64,000 nucleotides of DNA from the NCBI RefSeq assembly GCF_009914755.1, contig NC_060930.1; one strand, 5' to 3'. Positions 40,724-61,311 of the stretch are shown piece after piece. The stretch's first letter is position 1. Each line of letters opens with the position of its first letter. The DNA is from the human T2T-CHM13v2.0 reference genome, Homo sapiens. The notes under the pieces are model-generated. The model worked only from the letters and a program-made list of their open reading frames with translations, did no database searches and had not been told where the DNA came from. The translations under genes were made by a program, and so were the position numbers.

Positions 40724-41198
40724 TCAAACTGATTTCTTATCCTTCTTAGTGCCTCAAACTAGATTCTGTTCAAACATGTTATAACAAATTAGTATGTGTT
40801 TATTTTGGTGTAAAAAATTTTTGAAACCCATACGTAGTTTTTTTTATGATGCATTTTCTATGAACTTTTTGAAGAACACTTGTGTCTTATATCTGTATTG
40901 TAAGTATATGTGTAGATGCCTTTTGAGTTAATTATTATTAAAATAAACTTTCTTAGATATTTAAATGGATTTTTATTTTTCTCAGTCTGTGCCAGTATCA
41001 CCAAAGGAAGGTCAACAGATTAAATCTAAAATGCATTCACAGTTTGCTGTATGATTACCTAGAATGGTGATGGTAAGACACCATTTATAGCTACTGTAGC
41101 CGGGAGTCACCAAAGTGATGTGCTAACAGTTTGATAAATAAATACACTGTTAGGTAGAAAAGTGAAAGCCACCAAAACCACCTAAGAAACAAACTGTT

Positions 41199-41919
<721 letters not shown>

Positions 41920-42304
41920 TAATATAAATGTGTATCCAAAGGAAATATATATGATTTACATTTTGACTTATGATCTCTTCACATATGAAATATTTCTAGA
42001 ATTTCACATTTCTATAGAAATATTTCATTAATTAAACCATTGTAAACATCTTATGTTTCATACTGGTAGTGAGCTAAACAAACAAATAATGCAAGTATTT
42101 TAAGAACACTGAACCTTTTTTTCCCCTAGAAATTTACTCTCTTTGCTCGTTTTAAGATAAAAAAATTACACTCACTAACTTCTCTATAAAACATTGAACT
42201 TAACCATACTTTCAGTACCTAAATTAAAAATGTTTATATTGTTAGTTTTTCATGTGATTATACATATTCCCAAATATAATGTATGTGCTTTGCTTTCTTT
42301 TTAG

Positions 42305-42412
<108 letters not shown>

Positions 42413-42554
42413 TAATATTATGCAATTTATTTTTATATTTCTATGAATTGTATAAAAGTTAAACAGAATTTGTGATAGGGTTGTCCTATTCTGAAATATA
42501 GGAGACTACAACTCAAATTAATTTATAGTGAAAAAAAGTAAAGATTTTAGGGAA

Positions 42555-42790
42555 AGATTTATATGAAATGTCCAAAAAAGTGTATCTGTAGAGAAGAAAA
42601 TAGGTTAGTGTTTGCTTAGAGCTGGGGAAGATGGGGGATGGTGGGGATAACTACAGGATATAGGATTTCTTTTTGAGGTGGAAAAAAGGTCCTAAAATTG
42701 ATTATAGTGAGAGTTAAAACTCTGTGAATATATTTTAAAACATTGAATTGTACACTTTAAGTGGAAGAAGTATAGGCTCTGTGAGTTACA
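42555..42790 (+). mobile_element. L1MB-like 3' end fragment
   Basis: tttatatgaaatgtcca, tttcttttgaggtg, cattgaattgtacacttta. Confidence 0.7.
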
Positions 42791-42860
42791 TATATGTATA
42801 TGATATATGTATATGATATATGTATATGAAGCAACAAAAATACTTTCAAAGTTTGTATAC

Positions 42861-43229
<369 letters not shown>

Positions 43230-43896
43230 TGAGTTTCATTATTTAATTAGATCTTGTTAATAGATGTAGGAGAGAAGAGTCTTTGTTTCCAAAAGGGTAG
43301 AATAAACTGACTATATTCATATCCCAACTAGGTTAGAGGAAGAAGCTGGTTCTGCATACTGTAAGCTTTTGGGCAGTTTGTTTCCAACTCGAAGTATAGG
43401 GAATAAGAAGAGAGATAAGCAGTTTCTACCTAAAGTCATTTTTTAAAAAACAGAATTCTGTTAAAATATGGGAGAAGGTTCAGGTTTGTTGTTTGGAGGA
43501 AGAGATTATTTTCTTGTTGTAATTATTCATTTGTGGATCTTAAAATCTTGTTAGCTTTTATTCATTTATTTTATGATGAGAAAAATAATATTTCAACTTA
43601 TTTATTCCTCCTCAAAAGTATTGTCTTTCAGGTTAGATTGTCAGTTATAATCAATCATTTTCCAGAAGTGTAATCTGGTTGATTGTAGACTGTCAGCTAC
43701 CATCAGAATTCCCACCCCCACTACTTTAGGAAGTTCAGTTCGGGAGGGAAGTTTGTCCTGAGCGTCTCGCAAGATATACCTGTAAGCCAGTGTTTAGACA
43801 GCTCTCAAGCTCTCTTTCACTGCTAATTGTCCCCAGGGAATCTTATACCATCTGTTGTAAAATAACAGTAAGTAAACAGGCTATTTTGATTTAAAC

Positions 43897-44217
43897 CAGG
43901 GGTCCCCAAACCCTGGGCCACAGACTGGTACCTGTCTGTGGCCTCTTAGGAACCAGACCTCACAGCAGGAGCACTGGGGCGGGTGAGCAAGCATTACCAC
44001 CTGAGCTCAGCCTCCTGTCAGATCATCGGTGAGCATTAGATTTGTGAACGCTATTTTAAACTGCCCATGCGAGGGATCTAGGCTGTGTGTTCCTTATGAG
44101 AATCTAGTGCCTGAGTTGGAATAGTTTCATCCCAAAAGCATCCCCACAACTCCTGTTTGTGGAAAGATTGTCTTTGGTGAAACCAGTCCCTGGTGCCAAA
44201 AAGGTTGGGGACCACTG
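43897..44217 (+). mobile_element. MER1B (hAT-Charlie)
   Basis: TIRs caggggtccccaa / ttggggaccactg with a perfect 8-bp TSD atttaaac. Confidence 0.9.
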
Positions 44218-44805
44218 ATTTAAACCATTTCATAACAAAAGTGAAGTGCTAGCTACATAAATATTATTCTTTTTGCATAATCGAAGATTCATAGTAGGAA
44301 AATGCATATATTTTACCTATGCCTTGAAAATATTGTTAGTCAAAAACTGTCCATCTTTGAAGTATAGACCAGAGAATAAGAGAAACAGATATATAATTTC
44401 CCCAAGTTGTCATTTATAAATACAATTTCATCATTTTGTTTGAAATGATGAATTAAGAAGTAAATAATTTGTGTATGTACCTAAGAAGGCAAATATGTAA
44501 TCTAGTCATTATATTATTATCTTTAATACGTACTTATATCTAAGCAGTTACAAACTATGAGTAAAAGTTTTCAGATTAATATGTTGTTTCTATAAACATT
44601 TAAATTATGTAATAATGAGGATCTTCTATACATTCTCACATTTTTTCCTTCAAAATGTGGTATATCATTTCAAAGTATCACTATACTTTTACAACATTAG
44701 AAATTTTCAAATTGTTAGTATTCACATCCATTTTATAGTGGATCAGCTTTGATTTTTGTTTCTAAAACTAATGCTGTGAGAAAATTAATTTTTTTTTCCT
44801 CTTAA

Positions 44806-45075
<270 letters not shown>

Positions 45076-45482
45076 TAAAAAATGTAGCTAATTTTCTGTT
45101 TTGTTATGCACATGAAATAAGTTGATAAAAGTCATTTTAGAAAATGGCTTTTCTTATATTGAGATGGTATTTGTCAAAATTCACAAGAGCATTTTTTTCT
45201 TTTTTTCATTAAATTCTAAATATTTTTAGTAAAGTTTTATCTTATAAACAGTTTTGTCATCCCATTACTTGAACAGATAACAAACACCTACATTTAATAC
45301 ATTATCAAGTTATAACATTTTATATAGAATATTAGCTAATTTTGGTTCAAAAAGAGTAAAGAGATATGAGAATATAATTTTTACGAAGGTGATTCAGAAT
45401 TTCTGAAGAAGTTAATATGAAAGTTAAGACCCTAAATTTGATTAGTATTTATATTCTCATCAACAAATATTTGGTACTTTGA

Positions 45483-45781
<299 letters not shown>

Positions 45782-46735
45782 TTGATTTGCCTTTTGTTTG
45801 GCTTGGTTTTTCCCTTAGATTTTTGCAAAAATGATCTATAAATTAGTCAATTGATTCCCACTGTGAGAATAAATTATATTTAACTCTGTCTCTTTTCATT
45901 GATCCCTGAAAATCTTATTGCTATTTCCTTTACCACTTCCTTTTAATGACAAACCATACCATTTTTCCTGTATCCCATTTCAAGTTGGTGATTTAAAAAT
46001 ACAGCCAGTTCTAGACTTCTACAGTTTGAAAAAGAGGAAATGAGAAAAATGAAGTCCTTAAATAATGTATAATAGAACCCAACATGAATCGAATGTAGTA
46101 CTTTGAATTTCATTCTTCACTAAACTTTTTCCCAGATATGTTTCCAGCTATCAGTTTTAACCAATTAAAGGATTGTTTTCCTTTAATTTTCTCCTGTTTC
46201 CCTAATATTAGAAGCAATGAAAATGGAAAAGAATATTTCATAGTCTTGAAAACCAACTTGAGTGATTGAAATTTTGCTTAATTTCCTGAAGAGCAAGATG
46301 CATTTAAATATGGGTTACTGATAATATAAAAAAATAATTAATATAAAACAAATGATATTCAGCTGTTATTAGAAAACATTAAACAATTTTTCATTCTAAG
46401 ATGTGGTCTGTTTGCAATTAGTCTATTATGTCATAACTAAACTGTAATTATAGACTGATCATTCTGCATAGGCATTTGACTTACTACTGTATTTGAAGTT
46501 TTTCTTCATCTTCTTCTTTATCATTTGAACAAATATATTGAAAGGTATAATTTTTCCAGTTTGTTCTTCATATGCTATTATCTGTTTCATTACTGAATGA
46601 AATAGAAATAGCAAGCTGTCCATCAACCACCATTAATTCATAATTAACCTAAGCATGCATGTTTATAAATGTTATCGGAACATGGAAATATTTTCCAAAT
46701 ATATTTTTGATTAGCCAACAAAAATGCTAATTTAG

Positions 46736-46984
<249 letters not shown>

Positions 46985-47340
46985 TGAAAACTTTTTAAAA
47001 AATAAACATTTAGCAAATAAATTATCAACATGTCTTTCTAGTGGTTAAAAAAAAGTGTCATTCTACTGTAATTTCCTAATAATGAAACAGCAAACTCAGA
47101 ACTGAAACTAAGCAGTTGAAAGAGATTTCTTTAGTCTTTTTCACATGACTGTATTTCTCTTTTGTGAGCTACACAGCTACTTTGAAATTGCCCTAAGAAT
47201 TTCAACATTTGTAACTCAGTGCCAGTTTTGTTAGTCTATGTTTTTAGACCATGTTTCTGCATGTCCTATCCCCGCTGTTCTAGCTGTCTCCCACCCCAAT
47301 CCTCACCCCTTTTTATAAACTGCCACGTTTTTCTACCTTC

Positions 47341-47404
47341 ATATTATGTTATGTTATATTATATTATATTATATTATATTATATTATATTATATTATATT
47401 ATAT
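47341..47404. repeat. (TATAT)n pentanucleotide microsatellite
   Basis: Directly visible. Confidence 0.92.
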
Positions 47405-47826
47405 GGCTAGCAAGCATTTCTGAAAGTGTCAGAAACTAAACTATTAATGATTATCCTTTCTACAATTCTCACTACTGGATAAATCTTATTACTTATTTTT
47501 TATTAACTAATTATTAAACATATTCCCCATCTTGCATATATATTCCAGGCCTTTACAACCTAAAGTTCCCAACTGCTCCTTTGCCATTTTTACTGTCTAT
47601 AAATAACCTTACTTCTGACCTTATGATCTCCCTCAATTCACCCTCATACATCTTCCCAGCATATTTTTTCCAGTGTCCTTTGAAATCCTCATTTGAGGGG
47701 AACAGACTGCCTTTATTTTCTTCGAAGAATGTTATTGCCGCTTACTTCTGAAAGTGGAGACGTAACTGAAACAGATTTTTTTCTTCCCCTCCTCGCCCCC
47801 ATGTCTTCACTCCCCTGGCTACAGAG

Positions 47827-48046
47827 TGGAGTTTGGCAAACTTTTTTTTAAAAAAGGCCAGATAGTAAGTATTTTGGTTTTGTAAGCCATACAATCTCTT
47901 TGCAACTACTTAACAATACCATTGTAGTATGAAAACAACCACAGAAAATACAGAAACAAATGAGCATGACTGTGTTTCAGACAAACTTTATTAATTCAAA
48001 AACAGCAGTAGCCAAATCTCACAGGCCATGTCTTGCTAATACCTGC
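47827..48046 (+). mobile_element. MER58A
   Basis: ggcaaacttttt...ggccagatagtaa...aaatgagcatgactgtgtttc...cttgctaatacctg. Confidence 0.75.
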
Positions 48047-48256
48047 TATAGAAGCTCAGTTCGTCGTTTACTAAGTACCACCTAAAGTAAGGAAAATAGC
48101 CCTCTTGCTTTCCATTTCTAATTGCAATCATTACTCCTCCACTGTTATATAAAACCACTTTATTTGAGGCTTGTATCATCCAAGCTGTGCTACCATCTAT
48201 TATTCTTTAATATAATGACCTCCTGGTTATCCCAGGAGAATAAAAGACATTGACAC

Positions 48257-48709
<453 letters not shown>

Positions 48710-48792
48710 TCATTCCACTCCATGTTGAACTCATACCCACGGCTACACTGTAGTCCTGAAATTTCAGCCAACGTTCCATTCTGTTACTGTGA

Positions 48793-49167
<375 letters not shown>

Positions 49168-50788
49168 AATTCCTGCTACATTTTCTTAAGTCTCCCTCCC
49201 GTTCATGGTTTTACTCCCTTCCTGACTCAAGTCTCAGACTTCATGGATTACTTTTGTCTTTCATGTATTACTCTTTGTTTTTCTATCCTAGTCATCTTGC
49301 AAATCTATATTACTGTTTTTATACCTAGCCTTTGATCTCTTCCAAAAAAGATCACACAGACATGCAGAATCAGCAGCACTGTAGGTCCACAGGGTCCCTA
49401 TCTAGTTATCTTTAGTTAGCTTCCTATCTATTCCCTTAGACACTCTCCCAAAGTTTCACCTTTCCTCAAACATCAGGTTTTCACTGCTCCCTTCATTTCT
49501 CACAGTTAGCTTTGCTTTTGCTTTCTACTTTATCTTTGAAGTTCAAGACATTTCTTTCTACCTACCAACATTAATTAACCTATGTTTTCCTTTTAGTTCA
49601 GTGAAAGATTTATAATCTGTTCAAGAATAATTACCCTCTCTGTTTTGGAACTCATACCTTCTCATCAGTATCTTTAAACTCTTACTCTTTCAGTAATTAA
49701 TCCTTTAATAGATAAAGTTATTCCCATTTCTTCCATCTTAATAATAATAATAAATATTTCTGTTGATCTCTTATTCTGTACTTGTCCCCCTTTCCCCTTT
49801 TTCTGAGAGTGTTGGGGGGTAGGGTTGAACCTTTTGAAAGAACAGTCACTTTATTACTCCCCCCTTTTTTTCACTTTTTTGGTTTCTGTCTGCACCACTC
49901 CACTGAAGCTTGCCAAATCCAGTGATCTCTTTGCTTTTATTTGAATATTAAGACATTTAAGACTACTGAAAACTCCTTCTTGAAATATTTTCCTTTCTCC
50001 ATTTTTGTGGGATCCACCTCTCCTGGTTTTTTTCCATCTTGGCTTTTTTTCTGCTTCCTATATGGGTTTCTTTTCTTTCCTTGCCCCTTTATGAAAGCTG
50101 TTCTTGTGTTTTAGCCTCTGTCTTCTGCTCTTCTCACTCTGTACATTCTTCTTGGACAGCATCATTCCATATCCATCTTTACCATTGGTAGCTCTCAAAT
50201 ATTAATATATATCTCTAGCTTGTCCTCTGTGCTGTGCTCTAGACTTATACACCTAGAGGCTTACTTAGCATCTTCATGGAGATGTCTCATGGGTGCTTCA
50301 AATCTAGTGTTTTCAGACAGTGCATCTGTCCCCTGATTACTTCTCTGGATTCCACATCTACTGGAATGGCATCATCTGCCTAGTGAGAAACTTAGAAAGT
50401 GTTCTTGACTCTGCTTTCTTATTTATACCCCATATCTACAGAATTGCCAAGTTTTAAAACATTTAACCTTCTTAGTGGCTGATGGATGCTTCTCTTCTTC
50501 TTTGCCACTGCCTTAGTTTAGCCTTCATCACTTTTATTTAAATTATTGTTCAAACTGGTTACCCTGCCACATGTATACCCCCTTCTCCCCATTCTCACTT
50601 CCTCGTTAGACGAAATGATCATCCAGTGAAGCCATAGATTATATTGGCCATCTAATATCAAACCATATTGGTCTCATTTGAAAATCTTTCATGATGCTTT
50701 GTGGTATTCACAGTGAAGTTTAGATTCCATGGATAAGAGCATCAAGTCCTCTATAATCTGGTCTCTGATTCTCTGTTTTCTTTTTATC

Positions 50789-50791
<3 letters not shown>

Positions 50792-50822
<31 letters not shown>
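50792..50822. repeat. (CA)n microsatellite
   Basis: Directly visible, ~15 units. Confidence 0.95.
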
Positions 50823-50827
<5 letters not shown>

Positions 50828-50876
50828 GCTGTGGTCATGCTATTCATGGTTTTTGATTGCTTGCATTTTCTCATGC

Positions 50877-50953
50877 TTTTTGTATCACCTCATGTGTTTT
50901 TGTATCATGTGTTTTTGTATCACCTCATGTGTTTTGTACCTCCTCATGTGTTT
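50877..50953. repeat. ~20-bp tandem repeat (tttttgtatcacctcatgtg), ~4 degenerate units
   Basis: Directly visible. Confidence 0.85.
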
Positions 50954-51088
50954 ACCCATCTTTTCAGAACTAATTCTGTTTACCTTCTAAAATTAAACTC
51001 TAATGCCACCTGCTATCAAAAGCTTTTCTTGATGCCCTATCTGATTTAATGCTCCTCTACTCTCAGAATACTCGCTGTATACCTTTGG

Positions 51089-51197
51089 GGTTTTTTGAGA
51101 CAGGGTCTCATGCTGTCACCCAGGCTGGAGTGCAATGGCACAATCATAGCTCACTGCAGCCTTGAACTCGTGGATCAAGCAATTCTCCCATCTCAGC
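51089..51197 (-). mobile_element. AluJ right-arm fragment
   Basis: gagacagggtctc...cccaggctggagtgcaatggcacaatcatagctcactgcagcc. Confidence 0.85.
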
Positions 51198-52707
51198 TGT
51201 CCCATATATACTTTTATGTCCCCAATCTTATGTCTCCAGGACTGATTTTATTAATGAATTTCAATCCTCATTTGCCTGCTAGACATCTCAATTTACATAT
51301 CAAACTGAATATGTCTAAAACTGTATGTCTTCTTTGGCCGCCTCTCCTGTTGTCCTTTTTTTAATGGTACTGTTCTCTCAATTACTCCTTTGAAACACCT
51401 TAGGGTCATCTTTGATTGACCTCACTTCTTTGCCTCCCATGTCTCAAAATTGTTAATATTATCTCTGAATTTCCATAGCATTATATATCAACCTTTTACC
51501 ATACTCATTATAGTTTATCTCATGTCAGTTATTTTTATGTATTAACTTCCTTTCCTTAAGTAGGATCTGTCATGACTACTCATTCCCATTTCCCACATAC
51601 ATATTCAGTATGTACCATAGCTCTTCTAGTGTACACCGATTGAATTAACAAATGAATCAATGATATTTTTAATATTATTTTCAATATTCAAAAACAGTTT
51701 AAATATTATATAGTAAGATGTAAATCTAGCCCATATATTCAGCGACTGGTAGTTCCAAGTCTGAAGTTACTTGAATTTGTGAACTTAAGCCCTGGCCATT
51801 TAAACCTACATCTGTTCTTATCCTCATTCCTATCACCCATGTCTTCCATTCTACTCTTGAAATATTTGATATTAATAGATTTAGTTATTGAAAATACCAC
51901 TGCTTTTGAGTCCTGTTTTAGCTTTTTCAGGATTCTGCCTTAAATGTTGTTCTTAATATGAGAAAGAGATTTGGGAATGATTATTACATGTACTGTCTAC
52001 TATTAGAATCAGTGAAAGGAAAATTCTCTTATAGATTGGGTTTTATGATTTTGTTTGTAATGATACAGAGCATCAATGGTAAGTTTCTTACAGTATACAG
52101 AAATATATACTTGATTGATCAAATTACAAAATATTCCTACAAAATGAAACATGGCATATGCTTCTTATGTGAGAAAAACAATATTAGCTAGAACCGTTGT
52201 GTGGAGCTATGGAGTTCATACCCTTTGCTGACAGGTTAGGAAATACGTGAAAGGCAAAGCTGAACATAAGTGTTCCTGAGGTCTATGTCTTTATACAGCA
52301 TTATACAAAGTAACATTTAATTAGCAATAATAATAGCAACATAAGAATATCTAAACTGTAAAGAAAATATAACTGTAAAGATTAGTTCAATTTTTTTCTT
52401 TTAAGTTATTAATTTATTATTTGCCTTATAGTGCGTGATCTGGTTGTACTAGTCTAAAACTGTTAAGAACCAAACTCTGACATCACACATAGGTATTAGT
52501 TATAGTTCAAACACTGACTAGGCTACCTAATTTAAATAAACTCGTTTCCTTATTGGTCAATGAGAATAGTAGTATCTCATAAGATTATTAAAAGGATTAA
52601 ATGAGATAATATGTGTAAAGTGATTCTGTAGAGTTCAAAACTTAGTAAATGGTAAAAAAAAAAAAATGAATAAATGACTTAAATAAGCTAGGTGCGGAAA
52701 TATCATA

Positions 52708-53301
<594 letters not shown>

Positions 53302-53314
53302 AAAGCCCACTAGC

Positions 53315-53632
<318 letters not shown>

Positions 53633-53859
53633 ACCACGAGTATTATAGATTACAGAAATTGACTTTTACACAAACAATATATATCTATCTTAGGAAAATT
53701 TTTTTAACAGAACTTTTATCTAAATGCTGATATTACTAGCTATAAAAATTATTTGAATGACTTAAAATTGTTTTTATGTTTTAAGATTTCTCTTTGTACT
53801 CACGAGTTTATTAGTATATACCTGAATTGAATTAATATCCATTCTGGGAAAAAACACTA

Positions 53860-54183
<324 letters not shown>

Positions 54184-54231
54184 CTAGTAATTGTGACTAA
54201 TGCATTGGTTAATACTAAAATACTGGAAAAA

Positions 54232-54395
54232 TAATAATAGCTAATACACATGTAACATTTACCACGTTCTAGGTGTGATTTAAACACATACATATTAGCT
54301 TATTTAACCCTCTAGGGTAGGAATATTGTCCCCACTTTGCAGATGAGGACACTGAAGCACAGAGAGATTGAATGACTTGCCTGAGGTCACTTAGC
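54232..54395 (-). mobile_element. MIR
   Basis: ccccactttgcagatgaggacactgaagcacagagagattgaatgacttgcctgaggtcac. Confidence 0.85.
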
Positions 54396-55943
54396 TTTAT
54401 GAAAAGCCAGTAAGCATTCGTGCATGGTTCACACTGCATCATGTTAAGCCAATAATATACATTTTCAGGAACTTAAAAAGCTACTTCTAATAGCACTTTT
54501 AAATATCAACAAGTATTTCAATTGATTTTAAAATTACGTTGTAGAGATTGAAACAAGTCTCTCGAACTATTTCATGTGGGGTGTTGGGTTTTGGGGTTTT
54601 TTTTTCGGGGGGGCATATCTAGTGAATTGTGAGAAATGAGTAGTCCATCCCTAGAAAGTTGCTATGCCTGTATATTTACATATAATTACTTTATTCACAA
54701 AATAGAATATATAGGTTCACAGCAAACAAATAAGTTAAATAAAACAGGAAAACATAGAACAAAGAAAAAGAGTACTTAACCAATATGCTATTCTCAAGTG
54801 TTTTAAAACAATCAAAAGTGATCATTTCTTTTTTATATTTTATTATTCTAAAGCTACAGTCTTGGATGCCCTGGTTTGATTATTGCTTCAGTTTCTTCTG
54901 AACAGCGAATTTTCCGTTCTTTTGGAAAAGCCTAAAATTACTTGTCTAAATCAAAATCCAGCCATTTGCCCTTTTGCCTTTTTTATTTAAGCAAAGCCTC
55001 TTCTGTGGGTCTTCCTTTTGAAACAGTCTTTTTCTATGCAACATATCATTAGTTAATAGCTTTCCTTTTATTGAAAGCTGTTCATTATTTTAAAATGAAG
55101 AAAGCTTTTTAAAAGCCTAAAATAATTTGTGTGTTTTGTAAAACAATTGAGAAATACTGTATTTTTTATAAAAATCATAAATGTATTGGGTGAGAAATTA
55201 CCTTTTTTGTGAACACAATAGATCTGGTAAAGGGTTACAGAAATGTTACTTTTAAAGGGAAATTATCTATTTTGATTAAGGAATTACAATTATAAACATT
55301 CATTAAATTTTTATAGCAACTTTTGACAAAACCTGTGGTATTCTACAGATTGCTAACAGAATATGTAAATAATTTGCAGGTGGCATACAAGCATCTCAGC
55401 ATTGGATAGCAGGGAAAAGAAAGATGAAGGAGCTAGAGCAATGTGGAAAGTAAAATAAATGTATAATATATAGACATTAGATGACAGCAGTGTTGAAGTA
55501 GTCAAGATTATATTACTAAAGCAGAGAGAGGAATCATGGCCACTCTGACATTCCATAATGAGGGCTCAAAATAGCCAAAAAAGAGTCTATTCATTGTTGG
55601 AATTTCAAAAACAATATATCCTTATTTTAAGATCTTCCTAAAAATACCTGCTTAGAGTCTTTTTACCAGCTGTTGAATTCTGACAAATAAAGTATAGAAA
55701 TTAAATAAAGGTCCTGCTGTCCTACTGTGGCACAAAGGACTCTTTGTATCCAGGAGGTTACAAAGGGATTTAATCTTAGGTATCACTTTTGATATGTAAA
55801 TAATATGTATATTTTGTTTCTGAAAGTGCGGGAAAGAACCAGCATCAGCTAACATTATTTTAGGAAGAAAATTCATTCAAATTTATTTAAAATGAGTAAA
55901 AATAAGAATAGTTTAATATTGTTAAGAATATGTTTTAAAAGTA

Positions 55944-56168
55944 CAGAGTTTTCTTAGCTTCAGCACTATTGATATTCTGGGCTGGAGAATTCTTTGTTTT
56001 CAGGGGTTGTCTTGAACATTGTAGCATGTTTAGCAGTATCTCTGGCCTCTGCCCACTAGATGCCAGTAGCACATACACTTTTCCACCTTCAGCAGTGATG
56101 ACCAAAAATATCTTCAGATGCTGCAGAATATTCCTTGGAGCAGAAAATCACCAGTTTAGAACCACTGC
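55944..56168. mobile_element. MER20 (hAT-Charlie)
   Basis: gcactattgatatt...tgtttagcagtatctctggcctctgcccactagatgccagtagc...agaaccactg. Confidence 0.85.
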
Positions 56169-57399
56169 TTTAGCCAGTTCCAGAAAGTAAACACAAAATG
56201 ACTCAAAGTGAATTGCATTAAAACTCTGAAGTTTTAGAACAAATGAGTAGCCAGAAGAATTGGAAAGACTTTAGACTATGAAGATGAAAGTTTCAATTAA
56301 GGTGTTCATATATCAATCATGTTATTATATAGTCCAGAGCAATATGGAAGATTTAATCTTTTTCTTGGTAAAAAGTAACAACATACTTACAGATTTTTCT
56401 GGTTAAACCATGTCATCCTATAAATAGGGAAATCTTGTCACTTTCCCAAATTAAAGGTAACCGTTCAACAAATAATTAGCCACTTGAGGGGCTCAGTGAA
56501 GTATTCACCCACGGACTAGTTAACTACGTTGTCTTTGAGAAGCTAGAATCAAGGTAGGTGTAGAAAAGATAAACCTAGAATATTAGCTCCCAAAATAGAC
56601 TTCAGACATTTTTGTTGGCTGTACTTCAACTCAGATGAAGTACTGCTGTAATTCCTACCAGCACTGCTCCTCTGGAGCTTGCTGTGCTTCACTTTGAGTT
56701 TCTGCCTTCTGTAGCCAACACTGGTAGACAAGAAATTGAAGCCAAAAGGTTCAAAAAGGGCCATAATATATTTAACTAACTTGGTTCTTGGCTAATATAA
56801 AAAGCAAACCTTCTGTGCAAAAGCACAATATCAGTATTAATACACTTTTTTTAAATAACTAGAAAACTGGTTACCAAGTTTAAAATGCATTTTTAAAGTA
56901 CAGTACTGTCGTAAGAATCACATTTAGAAGTGTAACAACATAGTGTATTTAATCAGTATCAGAATTTTTAAATTTATTTTATCATCATGGAATCTGAGAG
57001 TGAAAGGGTATCTTTGAAATCCTCTGACTAATCTTTACTGATTTTGCCTGCTTCCACTGAGCTGCGTGAACATGAGGAGCCATAGACACCCTGCAGGGAT
57101 CTCAGTCTAAAGCAGTAATTCCAAACCTTAGTGTTGTTTCTCTAGAGAAGTACATCAGAATCTCTGTAAAGAGCTATTTTGAAAAATGTCTTTAATATAA
57201 TTTTATGAAGAAATATATAATGCCTTTTATTCTTACAAATATAGAAATCTTTTAAAAATCTTAATCAGTGGGAAATTTGTGAGGAAGTTTTAATGATCAT
57301 GTAATCTGGCAAATACATAATTCATTCACAGACCACACATCTGGAGGTGACAGGTAATATTGTTTATGCCTGAGTGGTATAATGTGTACTGCTGTTCCT

Positions 57400-58000
57400 A
57401 ATACATAACAACCCAAAAGAAAAAAATGGACAAAAGAGAAAAGAGGCAGTTAGCTACCAAAAAATAAAATTAAAAATTAAAAAATATATATATATGGAAG
57501 GCCAATAAACAATAAGTTAATCATTTTTGCCATTAGGTTGGTAAAATTTAAAAGATGCTATACAGTATTGATGAGTGTGTGAAACAGAAACCTTCATATA
57601 TTAGTGGTGGAAGGAGAAATTTTATTATCTTTTTGGAGAGTACATTTATCAGAATTTTAAGAACATACTCAACAATTCCACTTTTGGAATTTTTCCTACA
57701 GAAATCTCACACAATGAGGTAAAGGCTATTCATTACAGTGTTATACTTTTTTTATGTCCTCTCCCTTCTGAAGTGGAATCGACATAAATGTCCTTTGCTA
57801 GGGAAATAGGAGACATACTAAAAGTTAATCCTGGTAATTCCATGTAGTAGTTAAAAGAATGAGATAAATTTATTTATACAAACATGAAAAGCTGTCCCCA
57901 AAATATTAAGTGAAAAAAGACATAAAATAGTATAAATACTATAATCTCAGTTATATTTTTAAAATGAAAAATAAATTGTGTGTATACCAAGAAAGGAATT
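57400..58000 (+). mobile_element. L1ME-like ORF2 end/3' fragments
   Basis: aggccaataaac, ttggtaaaattta, acaattccactttt, aaaagaatgagataaatt. Confidence 0.55.
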
Positions 58001-58012
58001 TGGGACAAAATA

Positions 58013-60627
<2,615 letters not shown>

Positions 60628-60836
60628 TATAAAACTGATTGCTTTAAAAATATTGAATTTGAAAAAGTTAAACCTTTTAAGTGTACAATCTTCTGGAGTT
60701 GTAAACAATACTAACAAACATCTGGCAAAATGTTATATTACTATGAATTTTCAGAAAGAACAGACATCAGTGACATTAATTTATACATAATGTATCTTAT
60801 ATAAGTAATCCAAATACAATTGAGCCTGGTTTCTGC

Positions 60837-60874
60837 TTTATATAAACCCTTTATATAAACCCTTTATATAAACC
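60837..60874. repeat. 13-bp tandem repeat (ctttatataaacc) x3
   Basis: Directly visible; the core TTTATATAAA is a palindrome. Confidence 0.9.
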
Positions 60875-61000
60875 TCAGTTAAGAAAAATGCAAAAAAATG
60901 AGGCATGCCTGTACACAACTGTTAGCTGTGTCCTTAGTGAATGGCAGCAGGAGCGGCGGGGCGAGGGGGAAGGCAAGAGGAGGTAGTAAAGGGGGAATAG

Positions 61001-61311
<311 letters not shown>

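Larger units (their letters stand above)
49200..51660 (+). mobile_element. Decayed L2 fragments
   Basis: CT-rich; caccactccactgaa, tgccaaatccagtg, ctagacatctc...tcaaactgaatatgtctaaaac. Confidence 0.6.

Noticed and set aside
56050-56070. CTCF-like CCACTAGATGCCAG in MER20
   Set aside because: Has C in place of the key second G of the GGC core.
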